Positions 38,024 through 48,250 are shown, numbered from the stretch's first letter. The stretch is DNA of 64,000 nucleotides from an uncultured Nitrososphaera sp. (GCA_964476255.1 CAYYYR010000033.1:6181-70180); one strand, 5' to 3'. Translations and numbers: made by a program. The notes: generated by a model not told the origin, from the letters alone.

Positions 38024-39751
38024 TTGGGAAGGTCTCCTAAAGTCGTTCTTACGGCAGATCGCACTTTGATGTCACCCTATCGTGGGATCTCGCTTGCTTC
38101 GTTCTTTGGATGCGCGCCGGCCCTCGATTTCAACAGGGACCACGGCACGTTCTGGTACAAGGTACTGGGCAACCAGGTCACCCCGAAGGTGCTCTTTGAC
38201 TTTATCTGCAACACAATTGATCACACCAACGGCTACGCCAACTACGCCCCGTACGGCCTGAGAAAGGTCGAAGCCGCGCTCCTGCGGGACGGCTACGCCC
38301 GCGAAGACGTGGTCGTGGCACACCCGGATCACATCGAGCGGTTCATCGGGCCGGAAACCCAGGTGGTCGGGACGTACGAGATGGACCCGCTCGGCATGGG
38401 CCCGGTCACCATGACGTTCACCTACGGCCGCAAGCACATGTCCTATGACGAGTTTTACAACCGCGACCTGCACCAGAGGATAAACGCGGCAAAGGCGAGG
38501 ACCGGGAGCAAGGCCAAGGTAGTCGCGGGCGCTTCGGGCACGTGGCAGTACAACTATGACCCGGCAAAGATCGAGGAGTACGACCTCTACGGCATCGTGG
38601 AGGGCGAGCTCGGCGGCATCGGCCCCGAGATCGACGGTGCTGCAGGACCGTTCTTTGACGCGCTCATCGGTGGCGAATTTGACACCGCCAACCCGTTCAA
38701 GAAGAGCCAGTTCAAGGTCGAGATTAAAGAGTTTGTGAGGAACGAAAAGACACACCACGGCAGGTTCATCCACTACTGGAACGAGCCCTCGGTGGACGAG
38801 ATCCCGAACATCGTCAACCCGAGCATGCACGGCATGATAGAGGTCATGCGCGGCTGCGGCCGGGGCTGCAAGTTCTGCGACGTGACCCTCAGGCCCTTGC
38901 GCTACTACCCCGTAGAGAAGGTGCAGAAGGAGATAGAGGTCAACATGAAGTACGGCGGCCTGAAAAACGCGTGGGTCCACAGCGACGACATTTTCGTCTA
39001 CGGCCTCAACCCGAGGACGACTAAGAACATGCAGCCAAACAGGGAGGCCATTGAAGAATTATTCAAGGGCATCATGGCGACCGGCATCGAGCACACGAAC
39101 CCGACGCACGGCACGCTCGCAGGCGCGATCGCCGACGAAAGGCTGATTCCGAACATCTCCCGGATAATAAAGTCGGGTCCGGACAACCACATCGGCATCC
39201 AGTGCGGTTTTGAGACGGGCAGCATCAGGCTAATCGGCAAGTACGCGGACAGAAAGCTGGCTCCATACAAGCCAGACGAGTGGCACTGGGTGGTAAAGAA
39301 CAGCATCAAGACGCTCAACGAGAACTACTGGGTGCCCGCGTTCACGCTCATCATGGGGCTTGACAACGATGAGACGCCGGAGGACAGCTGGGATACGATC
39401 CAGCTGATCCACGAGATAGAGACGGAACAGCCTGATAGCAAGTTCACGACGACGCCCCTCACGTTTGTGCCTATCGGCCTCTTGGAGAAGTCGGACTTTT
39501 ACGACATCGGCAACACGATGGACCCGGCAAAGCTGGGCGTCATGTACAAGACGTGGCAGCACAACTTCAAGTACGGCATACAAAAGTTCATGGGCAAGGT
39601 GGGCCGCGACAACCCCATAAAGAACTTTTTCTTTACGCAGCTCGCTTCGACCCTGGGCGGCGTGCCCCTGTCGGCGATGGAAAAGTATGCAAGGAGAAAG
39701 GGCGCCGAGCACGAGCGCGTCATCGACAAGATCAAGGCAAACTACTGGTAA
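38024..39751 (+). CDS. Radical SAM protein, GDGT ring synthase (Grs)-like
   Basis: VVLTADRTLM N-terminus, APYGLRKVEA.L, MDPLGMGP, WQ and EVMRGCGRGCKFC (CxxxCxxC), shared with the Grs family. Confidence 0.8.
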   Translation: MGRSPKVVLTADRTLMSPYRGISLASFFGCAPALDFNRDHGTFWYKVLGNQVTPKVLFDFICNTIDHTNGYANYAPYGLRKVEAALLRDGYAREDVVVAHPDHIERFIGPETQVVGTYEMDPLGMGPVTMTFTYGRKHMSYDEFYNRDLHQRINAAKARTGSKAKVVAGASGTWQYNYDPAKIEEYDLYGIVEGELGGIGPEIDGAAGPFFDALIGGEFDTANPFKKSQFKVEIKEFVRNEKTHHGRFIHYWNEPSVDEIPNIVNPSMHGMIEVMRGCGRGCKFCDVTLRPLRYYPVEKVQKEIEVNMKYGGLKNAWVHSDDIFVYGLNPRTTKNMQPNREAIEELFKGIMATGIEHTNPTHGTLAGAIADERLIPNISRIIKSGPDNHIGIQCGFETGSIRLIGKYADRKLAPYKPDEWHWVVKNSIKTLNENYWVPAFTLIMGLDNDETPEDSWDTIQLIHEIETEQPDSKFTTTPLTFVPIGLLEKSDFYDIGNTMDPAKLGVMYKTWQHNFKYGIQKFMGKVGRDNPIKNFFFTQLASTLGGVPLSAMEKYARRKGAEHERVIDKIKANYW

Positions 39752-39782
39752 ATTATTAAGACGCGGCCGCCTTTACAACGTC

Positions 39783-40421
39783 ATGAAAATTGGCATCATT
39801 GGATCCGGAGAGGTCGGGCAAAAGCTCGCCGACGGGTTTATCGCGATCGGGCACACAGTGAAAATAGGCACGCGCAGCCCGGAAAAAGTCGCGCAGTGGG
39901 CCGCAAGGCACGGCGGCAAGGCGTTTGTCGGCAGCTTTTCCGACGCGGCGTCGTTCGGGGAAATAGCAGTGCTTGCGACATCCTGGGAGGGGGTGCCGGG
40001 CGCGCTGCAGCTGGCCGGCGCCGGGAACTTTTCCGGCAAGGTCGTTATAGACATCACCAACCCGCTTGACTTTTCAAAAGGCGTGCCGCCAAGGCTGGCC
40101 GTCGGCCGCGACGACTCTGGCGGCGAAACCGTGCAGCGCCTGCTGCCAGGCGCCAGGGTCGTAAAGGCGTTTAACATCGTCGGCAACCCGCACATGTTCC
40201 GGCCGGACTTTCCGGGCGGCCCGCCGACCATGTTCATATGCGGGGGCAGCGAGCGCGCCAAAAAGCAGGTGGCAGAAATCCTTGACGCGTTTGGGTGGGA
40301 GACTATCGACATTGGGGGGATAGAGATGTCGCGCCTGCTGGAGTCGCTCGCGATGCTGTGGATAATGTACTATTTCAAGACGGGCACCGGCAACCACGCG
40401 TTTAAGCTGCTGCGGAAATAA
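39783..40421 (+). CDS. NADPH-dependent F420 reductase family oxidoreductase
   Basis: MKIGIIGSG..G, VIDITNPL, SGGE.VQ and VVKAFN motifs. Confidence 0.9.
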   Translation: MKIGIIGSGEVGQKLADGFIAIGHTVKIGTRSPEKVAQWAARHGGKAFVGSFSDAASFGEIAVLATSWEGVPGALQLAGAGNFSGKVVIDITNPLDFSKGVPPRLAVGRDDSGGETVQRLLPGARVVKAFNIVGNPHMFRPDFPGGPPTMFICGGSERAKKQVAEILDAFGWETIDIGGIEMSRLLESLAMLWIMYYFKTGTGNHAFKLLRK

Positions 40422-40594
40422 TTTCCGCCGCGGAAAAATTCTGCCGTATTTAATGGGTTGTCAGAAACAGGAAAATACGTACTGGAAAACGGGGTATGCA
40501 CGATTACAAAAAACGGGAACTAAAACTGGAGATATTTATGCATTATGCATTAATTTGAGCGACTGGCTATTGTTTATACTCGCACCCGCTCGTA

Positions 40595-41674
40595 TTGGCT
40601 CCTATGAGTTATCCAAACGTAACACCGGAATCGGTGATGGAACAAGAGACTATTCGCGCCGCGATGGAAATGGCCAAACCAACGGTTTGCGTCATTGGGG
40701 CGGGAGGCGCGGGCAGCAACATTGTGTCCTGGATCAAGACAAAGGGGATCTCGGGGGGCAAGCTAATTGCTGTCAACACGGACGCGGCACATCTAGGAAT
40801 CACGAAGGCAGACAGGAGGATCCTGATAGGTCCGAAGCTGACACAGGGCAGGGGTTGCGGCGGCTATCCTGAAAAAGGCATGCAGGCCACTCGTGAAAGC
40901 ATGGCAGAAATCGTAAGGGAAGTGCAGGGGGTAAACATCGTATTCCTTTGCGCCGGCCTCGGGGGCGGAACAGGCACGGGAGCGATCCAGATACTCGCAG
41001 ATGAACTCAAGAGGGCGACTGGCGCGCTGGTCGTAGGCGTTGTCACGCTGCCGTTTGCAGTCGAGCGCTTCAGGTACACGATGGCAAAAGAAGCGCTGCT
41101 CAGCCTGCAGAGGTCGTGCGACACGGTCGTCGCGATCGACAACAACAGGCTGACGAGGGTAGCAGGCAACCTGCCGCTGCAGCAGGCGCTTGGCGTCGCC
41201 AACGAGCTGGTCGGCCAGTTCATCAAGGGGACGACAGAAACGATCACTACAGCGTCACTGATCAACATCGACTTTGCAGACCTGACAGCAATAATGGAAG
41301 GCAGGGGATTGGCTGCAATCGGCGTCGGCTACAACGATGGCATTGACAGGATCGAGCAGTCGACCAGGATGGCCCTTGACACGCAGCTGCTGGACGTCAA
41401 GGATATGTCCATGGCCCACGGCGCGCTCGTGCACGTGACTGGAGGCGATGACATCACTCTCGAAGAAGTCACGAGGGCAGGAGAGCTGGTCACAAGATCC
41501 TTGCCGCAGGATGTCAGAATCGTGTGGGGTGCAAGAGTCGACCCGGCGATGAAGGGTAAGGCGCGCGTGATGGTCGTCCTGACAGGCGTGGAAAGCACCT
41601 TTGGCGAACTACCCAAGATCGCCCAGGCGCCGGTTCAGGAAGAAAAGAGAAAGCGCTTCCTTGGAATGTTCTGA
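40595..41674 (+). CDS. ftsZ: Cell division GTPase FtsZ
   Basis: GAGGAGSN, AVNTD, GLGGGTGTG, TLPF..E, DN and INIDFAD (T7 loop), VWGA motifs. Start is 40595 (TTG) or 40604 (ATG). Confidence 0.95.
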   Translation: MAPMSYPNVTPESVMEQETIRAAMEMAKPTVCVIGAGGAGSNIVSWIKTKGISGGKLIAVNTDAAHLGITKADRRILIGPKLTQGRGCGGYPEKGMQATRESMAEIVREVQGVNIVFLCAGLGGGTGTGAIQILADELKRATGALVVGVVTLPFAVERFRYTMAKEALLSLQRSCDTVVAIDNNRLTRVAGNLPLQQALGVANELVGQFIKGTTETITTASLINIDFADLTAIMEGRGLAAIGVGYNDGIDRIEQSTRMALDTQLLDVKDMSMAHGALVHVTGGDDITLEEVTRAGELVTRSLPQDVRIVWGARVDPAMKGKARVMVVLTGVESTFGELPKIAQAPVQEEKRKRFLGMF

Positions 41675-41706
41675 GGGAAGCCAAATCCCTTTTTTCTTTT
41701 TAATAA

Positions 41707-43440
41707 CTAAACCTGAGGAATTGTAAAGGTAAACGTTGCGCCGCTTTCGCCTTCATTATTCGTTCCCCATATCTCTCCCCCGTGCGCCTCGACGATGCTC
41801 TTTGAGATGAACAGCCCCAGGCCCGTGCCCCTCTGGGATTTGGAGGTAAATTTTGTAAAGAGGCGCGACATGATGTCTGGCGCTATCCCGATCCCAGTGT
41901 CTTTTACCGACACGCTTACGCTTCCATCATTCTCTTTCTTTGTAATGATGGCGACTCTCCCGTTCTTGGTGAATTTCAGCGCGTTGTCCAGCAGGTTGGA
42001 GATGACCTGGATAATCCTTTCCTTGTCCGCTTCCACAGCAATTTCTCCTTTTGATTCGTATTCCAGCGAGGTGTCATGGCCGTCGGCGGCTCGCTTTCGA
42101 TGATCTTCGACAAGGATCGACACCAGTTCGCCGATGTCGAACCTCTCCTTGTTTAGCTTCAGCAACTGGCTCTCAATCTTTGCAACGTCAAGGAGGTCCC
42201 GCGTCAATCTTTCCAGCCTTTTTGCGTTCCGGACAATCATCTTGATGTCCTCCCTTTCGTCGCCCAGCTTGCTCTCCAGCATCTCCGCCACGCCGAGTAT
42301 GGGCTGGATGGGCGTCCTCAATTCGTGGGCGGCGATGTTGATGAATTCCCTCTGCATCTTGTCCTGGGTTTGCAGCTGCTCGTTTGCGGCCCTGAGCTCG
42401 GCAGTTTTCGTGTTGACGATCCGCTCGAGCCTCTTGTTCCATATCAGGATGACCGATATCGCCCCTACGGCCGCGACCGCGGTTATTGCGACCAGCATCA
42501 CGGAAAAGTTCTTTTGCTGGTCTATCAGCGCGGTGACGCCGGACGCGTATGCGTGCGGGGTGACCATGTACAGCACCCCGAACTGCTTTCCTTCGATCAT
42601 GATGGGCTTGTACACGAACGTGGCCTTGCCTCCATCCAGAATAATGTCTTTGGTGCCAGAGTTTCCTGCAAGCGCCTCGGTGAAACCCTCGTTCATCGCC
42701 CTCTGCGTTTCCACGTCGAGCGACGCAAGGAACGACTGGAACCTGATGCCAAAGACGTTCCCACCGACGTACTGAGGGTCCTTGGAGTACAGGACGATGC
42801 CCGTGTTGTCAAGCAATACGACCTCGCTCTGCAGGTTCGGCGAGAGCTGGCCTTCCAGGAACCCGCCGATGACGTCAGACCTTATCCCTGCGGCGGCAAG
42901 CCCCATGAACCGGTCCGCGCCGTCCAGCACAGGGTACGAGATGTACAGCCTGGTGACGCGGTCGTTGGAGTCGATCACGCTGCTATAGTACGCCTGGTGG
43001 GTGTCCCTCGGCGAGGTAAAGTAGAGCCTGTAGCTCAGATCGGTGCCCTGGAACTGCTCGTAGGCCGTCTGGTTGATGTTGCTGAGCCACACGAGCCGGC
43101 CTGCTTCGTCCAGCCACATGTAAAAGTCGATGAGTTCCGGGCTCGAGTCCTCGGCCTGGTCGAACATCGGCTTTGCGCTTTCCACGTCGCCTCCTATCAC
43201 GGCCGTGACCCGGGAGATGATCTGCAGCGTGTTGACGACGTCTCCCATCTTGTTTGACAGCGAGTTTGCCAGGTCGTGCGCCTGAATGTCGGTGTTTGAT
43301 CTGATCTCTTGGACCGCCAGCTTCTCGATCTGGGCCGACGTGTACAGCGAATATTCGTAGAATATTACGGAAATGGTCGCGGCTACCGCGACTACCAGAA
43401 CAATCATCGCTAGGTTGTTCCTCGAAAGGATCGCATTCAC
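41707..43440 (-). CDS. Membrane sensor histidine kinase with extracellular Cache domain
   Basis: Two TM helices around a Cache domain (DLSYRLYF), then AAHELRTP, NLLDNALKF, DTGIGI and GTGLGL. Confidence 0.95.
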   Translation of the reverse strand: MNAILSRNNLAMIVLVVAVAATISVIFYEYSLYTSAQIEKLAVQEIRSNTDIQAHDLANSLSNKMGDVVNTLQIISRVTAVIGGDVESAKPMFDQAEDSSPELIDFYMWLDEAGRLVWLSNINQTAYEQFQGTDLSYRLYFTSPRDTHQAYYSSVIDSNDRVTRLYISYPVLDGADRFMGLAAAGIRSDVIGGFLEGQLSPNLQSEVVLLDNTGIVLYSKDPQYVGGNVFGIRFQSFLASLDVETQRAMNEGFTEALAGNSGTKDIILDGGKATFVYKPIMIEGKQFGVLYMVTPHAYASGVTALIDQQKNFSVMLVAITAVAAVGAISVILIWNKRLERIVNTKTAELRAANEQLQTQDKMQREFINIAAHELRTPIQPILGVAEMLESKLGDEREDIKMIVRNAKRLERLTRDLLDVAKIESQLLKLNKERFDIGELVSILVEDHRKRAADGHDTSLEYESKGEIAVEADKERIIQVISNLLDNALKFTKNGRVAIITKKENDGSVSVSVKDTGIGIAPDIMSRLFTKFTSKSQRGTGLGLFISKSIVEAHGGEIWGTNNEGESGATFTFTIPQV

Positions 43441-43493
43441 GGACGGGTTTTCGTTAGGTAGAGCCCCATAGATAAGGTTCTCCCTGAAATGTC

Positions 43494-44543
43494 CTATGGG
43501 GAAAAAGTCTCTTCAAGCCTTTCCGGGACCACGAGCTCGCCTGCGAGCAGGTCGCCCGTCAGCTCTTGCAGCCTGGATTTCACGTCCGCCGGGACCCTGT
43601 CGTCAAGACCGTGGAAGGGCGCCATGTAGACGACTCCGTCCCCGGCCGCCCCTTTCCCGGCCTCGAGGCCGGGCTTGTACACCTCGCCGTCGAGGGCGCC
43701 GGCCAGCGTGGCGTTGACCGCTTGGCCGTACGCCTTGTCGACGTCCAGAACAAAGGATGAAAGGATGTTGTCCGGCGCTAGCGAATTCTGGTCCTGCACC
43801 GCTCCAAGGGCGTATAAACCGTTCTCCCTAGCGGACTCGATCACGCCGTGACCCGACGAGTCGGCGACCTGAAAGATTACGTCCGCGCCCTGCCTGATGA
43901 TCGAAGTCGCCGCCTCCTTGCCTTTCGCGGGGTTGTCCCAGTCGTTCAGGTACGTCCCGATGATCTGGACGTCGGGGTTCACCGCCTTGGCCCCCTGCCT
44001 GTAGCCTTCAAAGATGTTGACGACGTTGGGATACTCCTCGCCGCCGACGTAGCCTATGACGCCGGTCTCTGTCATCATGCCGGCGAGAGCCCCGAGGAGG
44101 AACGAGCCCTCCTGCTGCTGCGGAAAGATCGACGCGACGTTTTCAGACCCGACGAGCCCCGTAAAGACCACGATCTCCACGTCCGGGTGCTGCCCGCCCA
44201 CCCGCAGGGCCGGATCGCCCCACTGGACGCCGTGCGCGATGATCAGGTCATAGCCTTCAGCATACTTTTTCAAGGTCGACTCTATGTCTGCTATAGAGAC
44301 ATTGTCTTCTGTCGCGACTTCAAAGCCATATTCGCTTTCGATAAACTTTGCAGCATTCAGGGCGGACTCTCCCCAGCCCTTGTCGCTAAACAGGGCGTCT
44401 GTGACGACCGCTGCCCTTAGCGTTGATTTTGGCCCGGGGTCCCTTGGCAGGGTGGTTGAAGCAGCAAATGCCACGATGAGAGTTGCCGCTATCGCGGCGG
44501 CCATGATCGCTACTTTTCCATATTTTTTTGCCGAGCTGACCAT
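43494..44543 (-). CDS. BMP/PnrA-family substrate-binding protein
   Basis: N-terminal anchor, DKGW, GYDLII.HG, FLLG.LAG..T.TG.IGYVGG, W.NPAKGKE, GADVI and DQ motifs. Confidence 0.9.
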   Translation of the reverse strand: MVSSAKKYGKVAIMAAAIAATLIVAFAASTTLPRDPGPKSTLRAAVVTDALFSDKGWGESALNAAKFIESEYGFEVATEDNVSIADIESTLKKYAEGYDLIIAHGVQWGDPALRVGGQHPDVEIVVFTGLVGSENVASIFPQQQEGSFLLGALAGMMTETGVIGYVGGEEYPNVVNIFEGYRQGAKAVNPDVQIIGTYLNDWDNPAKGKEAATSIIRQGADVIFQVADSSGHGVIESARENGLYALGAVQDQNSLAPDNILSSFVLDVDKAYGQAVNATLAGALDGEVYKPGLEAGKGAAGDGVVYMAPFHGLDDRVPADVKSRLQELTGDLLAGELVVPERLEETFSP

Positions 44544-44656
44544 CGCTAGCTAGAACTAATGTTGCGGCTGTGATATTTAAGAGTCTGGGAAAAATTGATT
44601 CCTGCCAATTATGTGCAGAGTATATATTGTAAATGCTGCGATAATACATCCGGCCA

Positions 44657-44962
44657 ATGCCGGACTATTTCGAAATGGACAGGCTCGTGGAAGACCTTGC
44701 CAAGATTTATTCCACAGCGTGCGCGACGTCGTGGTTCAAGATAACCGGCAACAGGCACCCCACGCCGGAAGAGTTCCGGAGCAAGGTGGCCGAGTTCATG
44801 AGGCATTTCGAACACACGCTTGAGGCCTTTTCCCAGCTGCCTGCGGCGGACCGGTTCCTAGAGCACGCAAGAAAGAGCCTCGAAAGCGAAATCGCGAACG
44901 TCCTTGCCGGCGAAAACAGGGAAGTGGAAAAGCGCTACAAGTACTATGTCGACTACAACTAG
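44657..44962 (+). CDS. Conserved hypothetical protein
   Basis: 101-aa helical ORF ending EVEKRYKYYVDY; host codon usage. Confidence 0.75.
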   Translation: MPDYFEMDRLVEDLAKIYSTACATSWFKITGNRHPTPEEFRSKVAEFMRHFEHTLEAFSQLPAADRFLEHARKSLESEIANVLAGENREVEKRYKYYVDYN

Positions 44963-45582
44963 ATCTCTTTTTTCAGCTGCTTCACAAACTGCTCCATGAA
45001 CCCTGCTCGCTCCTGCGCCATCTCCCCGGCGGCCCTCGTGTGCATCGACTTTTTCAACCTGAGAAGTTTCTTGTAAAAGTGGTCGAGCGTCCACTCCCTG
45101 TCGTTCAGCTCCCTTCCGGATTTCCAGAACGGGTCGCCGGGGTTGTAGAACAACCGGTTCTCGGAGCCGCCCACGCTGAACGTCCGCGCGACTCCGATCG
45201 CGCCGATAGCGTCCAGCCTGTCTGCGTCCTGCAGTATCCTGCCTTCCAGGGTTGCCGGGACGAGCCTCTTTGAGTAGCTGTGCGTCCTTACGCAGTAGCA
45301 TATCCTGTCTATCTTGTCCTGCGGATAGCCGTAGCCGCGCAGCCACTTTTCCGCCATGTCGGCGCTGTCGTCTGCCGACTTGCTCGTCTTGGCGCTCCCC
45401 TTCGGGTACACGACCAAGTCGTGCAAGAGCACTGCATGCAAAAGTACCTCCATGTCGGCGCCTTCTTTGCGTCCTATCAGCTCGGCGTTTCTGTAGACGC
45501 GCATTACGTGCTGGAAGTCGTGCGCAGGATCGCGGCCCTCAAGCGCCTTCCTCACCCTCCTCCTGATCCTGTCCAGCACCAT
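44959..45582 (-). CDS. HD-domain phosphohydrolase (YedJ-like)
   Basis: HDF.HV.RV, LLHD, HS, LQDADRLDAIGA.G.AR.F and HFY.KL motifs. Confidence 0.92.
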   Translation of the reverse strand: MVLDRIRRRVRKALEGRDPAHDFQHVMRVYRNAELIGRKEGADMEVLLHAVLLHDLVVYPKGSAKTSKSADDSADMAEKWLRGYGYPQDKIDRICYCVRTHSYSKRLVPATLEGRILQDADRLDAIGAIGVARTFSVGGSENRLFYNPGDPFWKSGRELNDREWTLDHFYKKLLRLKKSMHTRAAGEMAQERAGFMEQFVKQLKKEI

Positions 45583-45949
45583 GGTGGACAGGGTTTAGTT
45601 GAATTAATAAAAGTAGCTCACGAATTGCACGTTCTGACTATTTTGCAAATACTCTGGCGTAAAAGCGCGGCCCCTCGACCTTCTTTCGTGCTCAGCTGCT
45701 TTTCAAATATCTGCCTGCCGCGCCAGCTGGTCATTGGTGAGCGACAACGCGTGCTGCAGGCTCGTGTGCGACGCGACAAGGCCAAAGTTGTCCTGCCCCA
45801 GCCGCCTTGTCTACCCCTGCTGGTCCTTCAAAAAGTCAGCGGCAAGCTCCAGCTGCTGGAGATGAGGAGCGAAATAACCGATCCTCAGAAGAAGGCCAAG
45901 GAGAGAGCGGAGCGCCGCGTGCGCAAGGCCGTGAAAAAGCTGACGGACT

Positions 45950-48250
45950 TTATCGCCTGATCATTCTCATGAGCAGAGACTTTGCCCTGTGCATGCCGGG
46001 TATCGTAAAGCTCCTTGCGACTATCACGGGGCAGTTGAGCTGGTCCAGTAGCGCCAGAAAGTCCGGGTTGTTAAAGACCGAAAAGCCGCCCACGCTGGCG
46101 CCCATGACCACGAGGTCCGGCTGGAACGAGCTCACAGCAGAGAGCACCGCGTCGGCTGACCTCGAGCTGAGCTCTGACTCCAGCTGCACTTCCTTCATCT
46201 CGACTCCCAGCTGGACCAGGTAGTCCTGCTGCATCGCGGCGCTGTCCTTTTCGCCCCCGCCTTTGTTGATTGAAAGCAGGCCGACTCTGAAGCGCCCGGA
46301 ATGCTCCAGCCAGCTAGTGGCCTTGAGCACCGCGTCCGAATGCTCGCCGCCGTCGTAGACCACCACCATGCTCTTTTTTTCTCCTGCGTCGCCGCGCCCC
46401 GGCTCGAGCTCCAGCGCGTCGTTCTCAGCCCTCACCGCCAGAACCTTGCAGGTCATCAGGGTCATCAGCTTCCGGTCGTGCCGTAGCGATTCAAAGTCGG
46501 TGACGAGCAGGTTGATTTTTTGCTCCTCTATCGTCGCCAGGATCGCCTCCGTGGCGTCGTGCGAGACCCTGACCAGGTAGTGGTTCGGGACGCCCTCGCG
46601 GTCGAGCATCTTTTCTAGGGGCTCAAACGACCTCTTTGCCGCGTCGGCAAAGGCCACGCCGGCGGAAAGCGGGGTCTGCGCCGGCACGGTTATCACGCGC
46701 AGGATGTTCACCTCGCCGGCCGTCTCCTTGGCCGCCCTTATCGCGTACTTCAGGAGCCTGTCGGGGTTTTCAGGCGTGTACGGGATCAGGATCCTGTAGT
46801 CCTGCCTTTTCAGGTCCCCCTCGGACGTCACCAGCGGGGCGTAGTGCTGTATCTCGCTCTTGAAGATGAACATGCGGTAAATCGCAAAGCCTATCAGGAT
46901 CCACAGGACGGTTATTGCCCAGCTGAGCGGCTGGGTGACGAGCAGGTAGAGCGCAAGTCCGAGTTTCAGGAAGATGCCCACAACGGGAATCACCGGGAAC
47001 AGGGGCGTCTTGAAGCCGTACGACAGCTTGTCGCCGTATATCTTGCGCACGGTGATCACGGCAATGTTGACCTGTATGAACAGGAGCAGAAAGATGACTC
47101 CTGCCGCCACTGCAATGTCTGTCAGCGGGAGCGCGTACGCAATGAACGCCATGATGATCCCGGATATCACTATCGCGACGTGCGGCGTCTTGTTCTTTGG
47201 ATGGATCGAGCTCAGCTTGTGCGGCAGGTTGTAGTTCCTGCCCATCGCAAAGGCCACCCTGGCCGAAGAAAACGTGGTGGCGTTGAGCGCGGCCAGCGTA
47301 GACACCATGCCTCCGCCAAGCACTATCAGGGCGCCGTAGGGCAGGAACATTTCGGCGGCCCTCATGATGCCGAGCTCGCCGTTATCGCCTATGAACTTCC
47401 ACGACGCGATTCCTTCTGGAAATATGGCACCTATCGAGACGAAAGCCACGAGGCTGTACAGGGTGACGACGATTGCAAGGGAGATAAAAATCGCCCTCGG
47501 TATGTTCCTCTTTGGGTTCTTTACCTCCTCGCCGCTCTGGACAATGATCTCGTACCCTTCAAACGCAATGAACAAGAGGCCCATCGCGGCCACCAGGCCG
47601 GCTATGCCCATCGGCATAAAGTCTTCAAAGTTGGCCGTCCAGCCCGGGTTGTTGTACATGGTCCAGAACCCTGCGCCTATCAGGACAAAGATGGCGCCCA
47701 GCTGGATAATTGTCGCTATGGTGCCCGTCTTGCCAGTTTCAGAAGTCCCCTTGATGTTGATGTAGGTAAAAGCCGCCACGGACCCGATTGCGATGAGTTT
47801 GTCGAGCGGGACGATCCCGAAAAGCGGCTGGTCGCCGATGACCTGCATCATCTTTAGTAGGCTGGCGAGGAACGAGCCAAACCCCACGGCGTATAGGCTG
47901 CCCGCGATAATGTGCGCAAACCACGCCATCCACCCGCTTATGAACGCGTTTGGCCGGGGCAGCCCTTCCCTGACCCACAAGTACCCTCCGCCCGCTTCCG
48001 GGATGGCCGAGCCGAGCTCGGCGTACGCCATTGCGGTAAAGATCGTGATTATGGCGTTGATAATGATCGCAATGAGGACAGCCTGGCCTGCCAAGCCTAT
48101 CGCCGGTCCGGTAAGCACGAATATCGCGCCGCCTATCATGCCGGCGATGCCAATCATTATGATGTCCGTGAGGCTCAGGGTGCGCACAAGCTGGTGCTGG
48201 GGATGTTCAGACGGAGGGCGCCGAGACTCAGAGCCTGTAGAGGCCGACAA
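45950..48250 (-). CDS. APC-family amino acid permease with C-terminal USP-like domains
   Basis: GMIGGAIF, YAEL.SA.P.AGG.Y and EEVKNPKRNIP; ~12 TM plus a cytoplasmic USP-like region. Confidence 0.93.
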   Translation of the reverse strand: MSASTGSESRRPPSEHPQHQLVRTLSLTDIIMIGIAGMIGGAIFVLTGPAIGLAGQAVLIAIIINAIITIFTAMAYAELGSAIPEAGGGYLWVREGLPRPNAFISGWMAWFAHIIAGSLYAVGFGSFLASLLKMMQVIGDQPLFGIVPLDKLIAIGSVAAFTYINIKGTSETGKTGTIATIIQLGAIFVLIGAGFWTMYNNPGWTANFEDFMPMGIAGLVAAMGLLFIAFEGYEIIVQSGEEVKNPKRNIPRAIFISLAIVVTLYSLVAFVSIGAIFPEGIASWKFIGDNGELGIMRAAEMFLPYGALIVLGGGMVSTLAALNATTFSSARVAFAMGRNYNLPHKLSSIHPKNKTPHVAIVISGIIMAFIAYALPLTDIAVAAGVIFLLLFIQVNIAVITVRKIYGDKLSYGFKTPLFPVIPVVGIFLKLGLALYLLVTQPLSWAITVLWILIGFAIYRMFIFKSEIQHYAPLVTSEGDLKRQDYRILIPYTPENPDRLLKYAIRAAKETAGEVNILRVITVPAQTPLSAGVAFADAAKRSFEPLEKMLDREGVPNHYLVRVSHDATEAILATIEEQKINLLVTDFESLRHDRKLMTLMTCKVLAVRAENDALELEPGRGDAGEKKSMVVVYDGGEHSDAVLKATSWLEHSGRFRVGLLSINKGGGEKDSAAMQQDYLVQLGVEMKEVQLESELSSRSADAVLSAVSSFQPDLVVMGASVGGFSVFNNPDFLALLDQLNCPVIVARSFTIPGMHRAKSLLMRMIRR

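Noticed and set aside
45600..45960. Possible small gene remnants on both strands between the HD and permease genes
   Set aside because: Coding-like fragments exist (e.g. MRSEITDPQKKAKERAERR...), but no consistent start or family could be supported.
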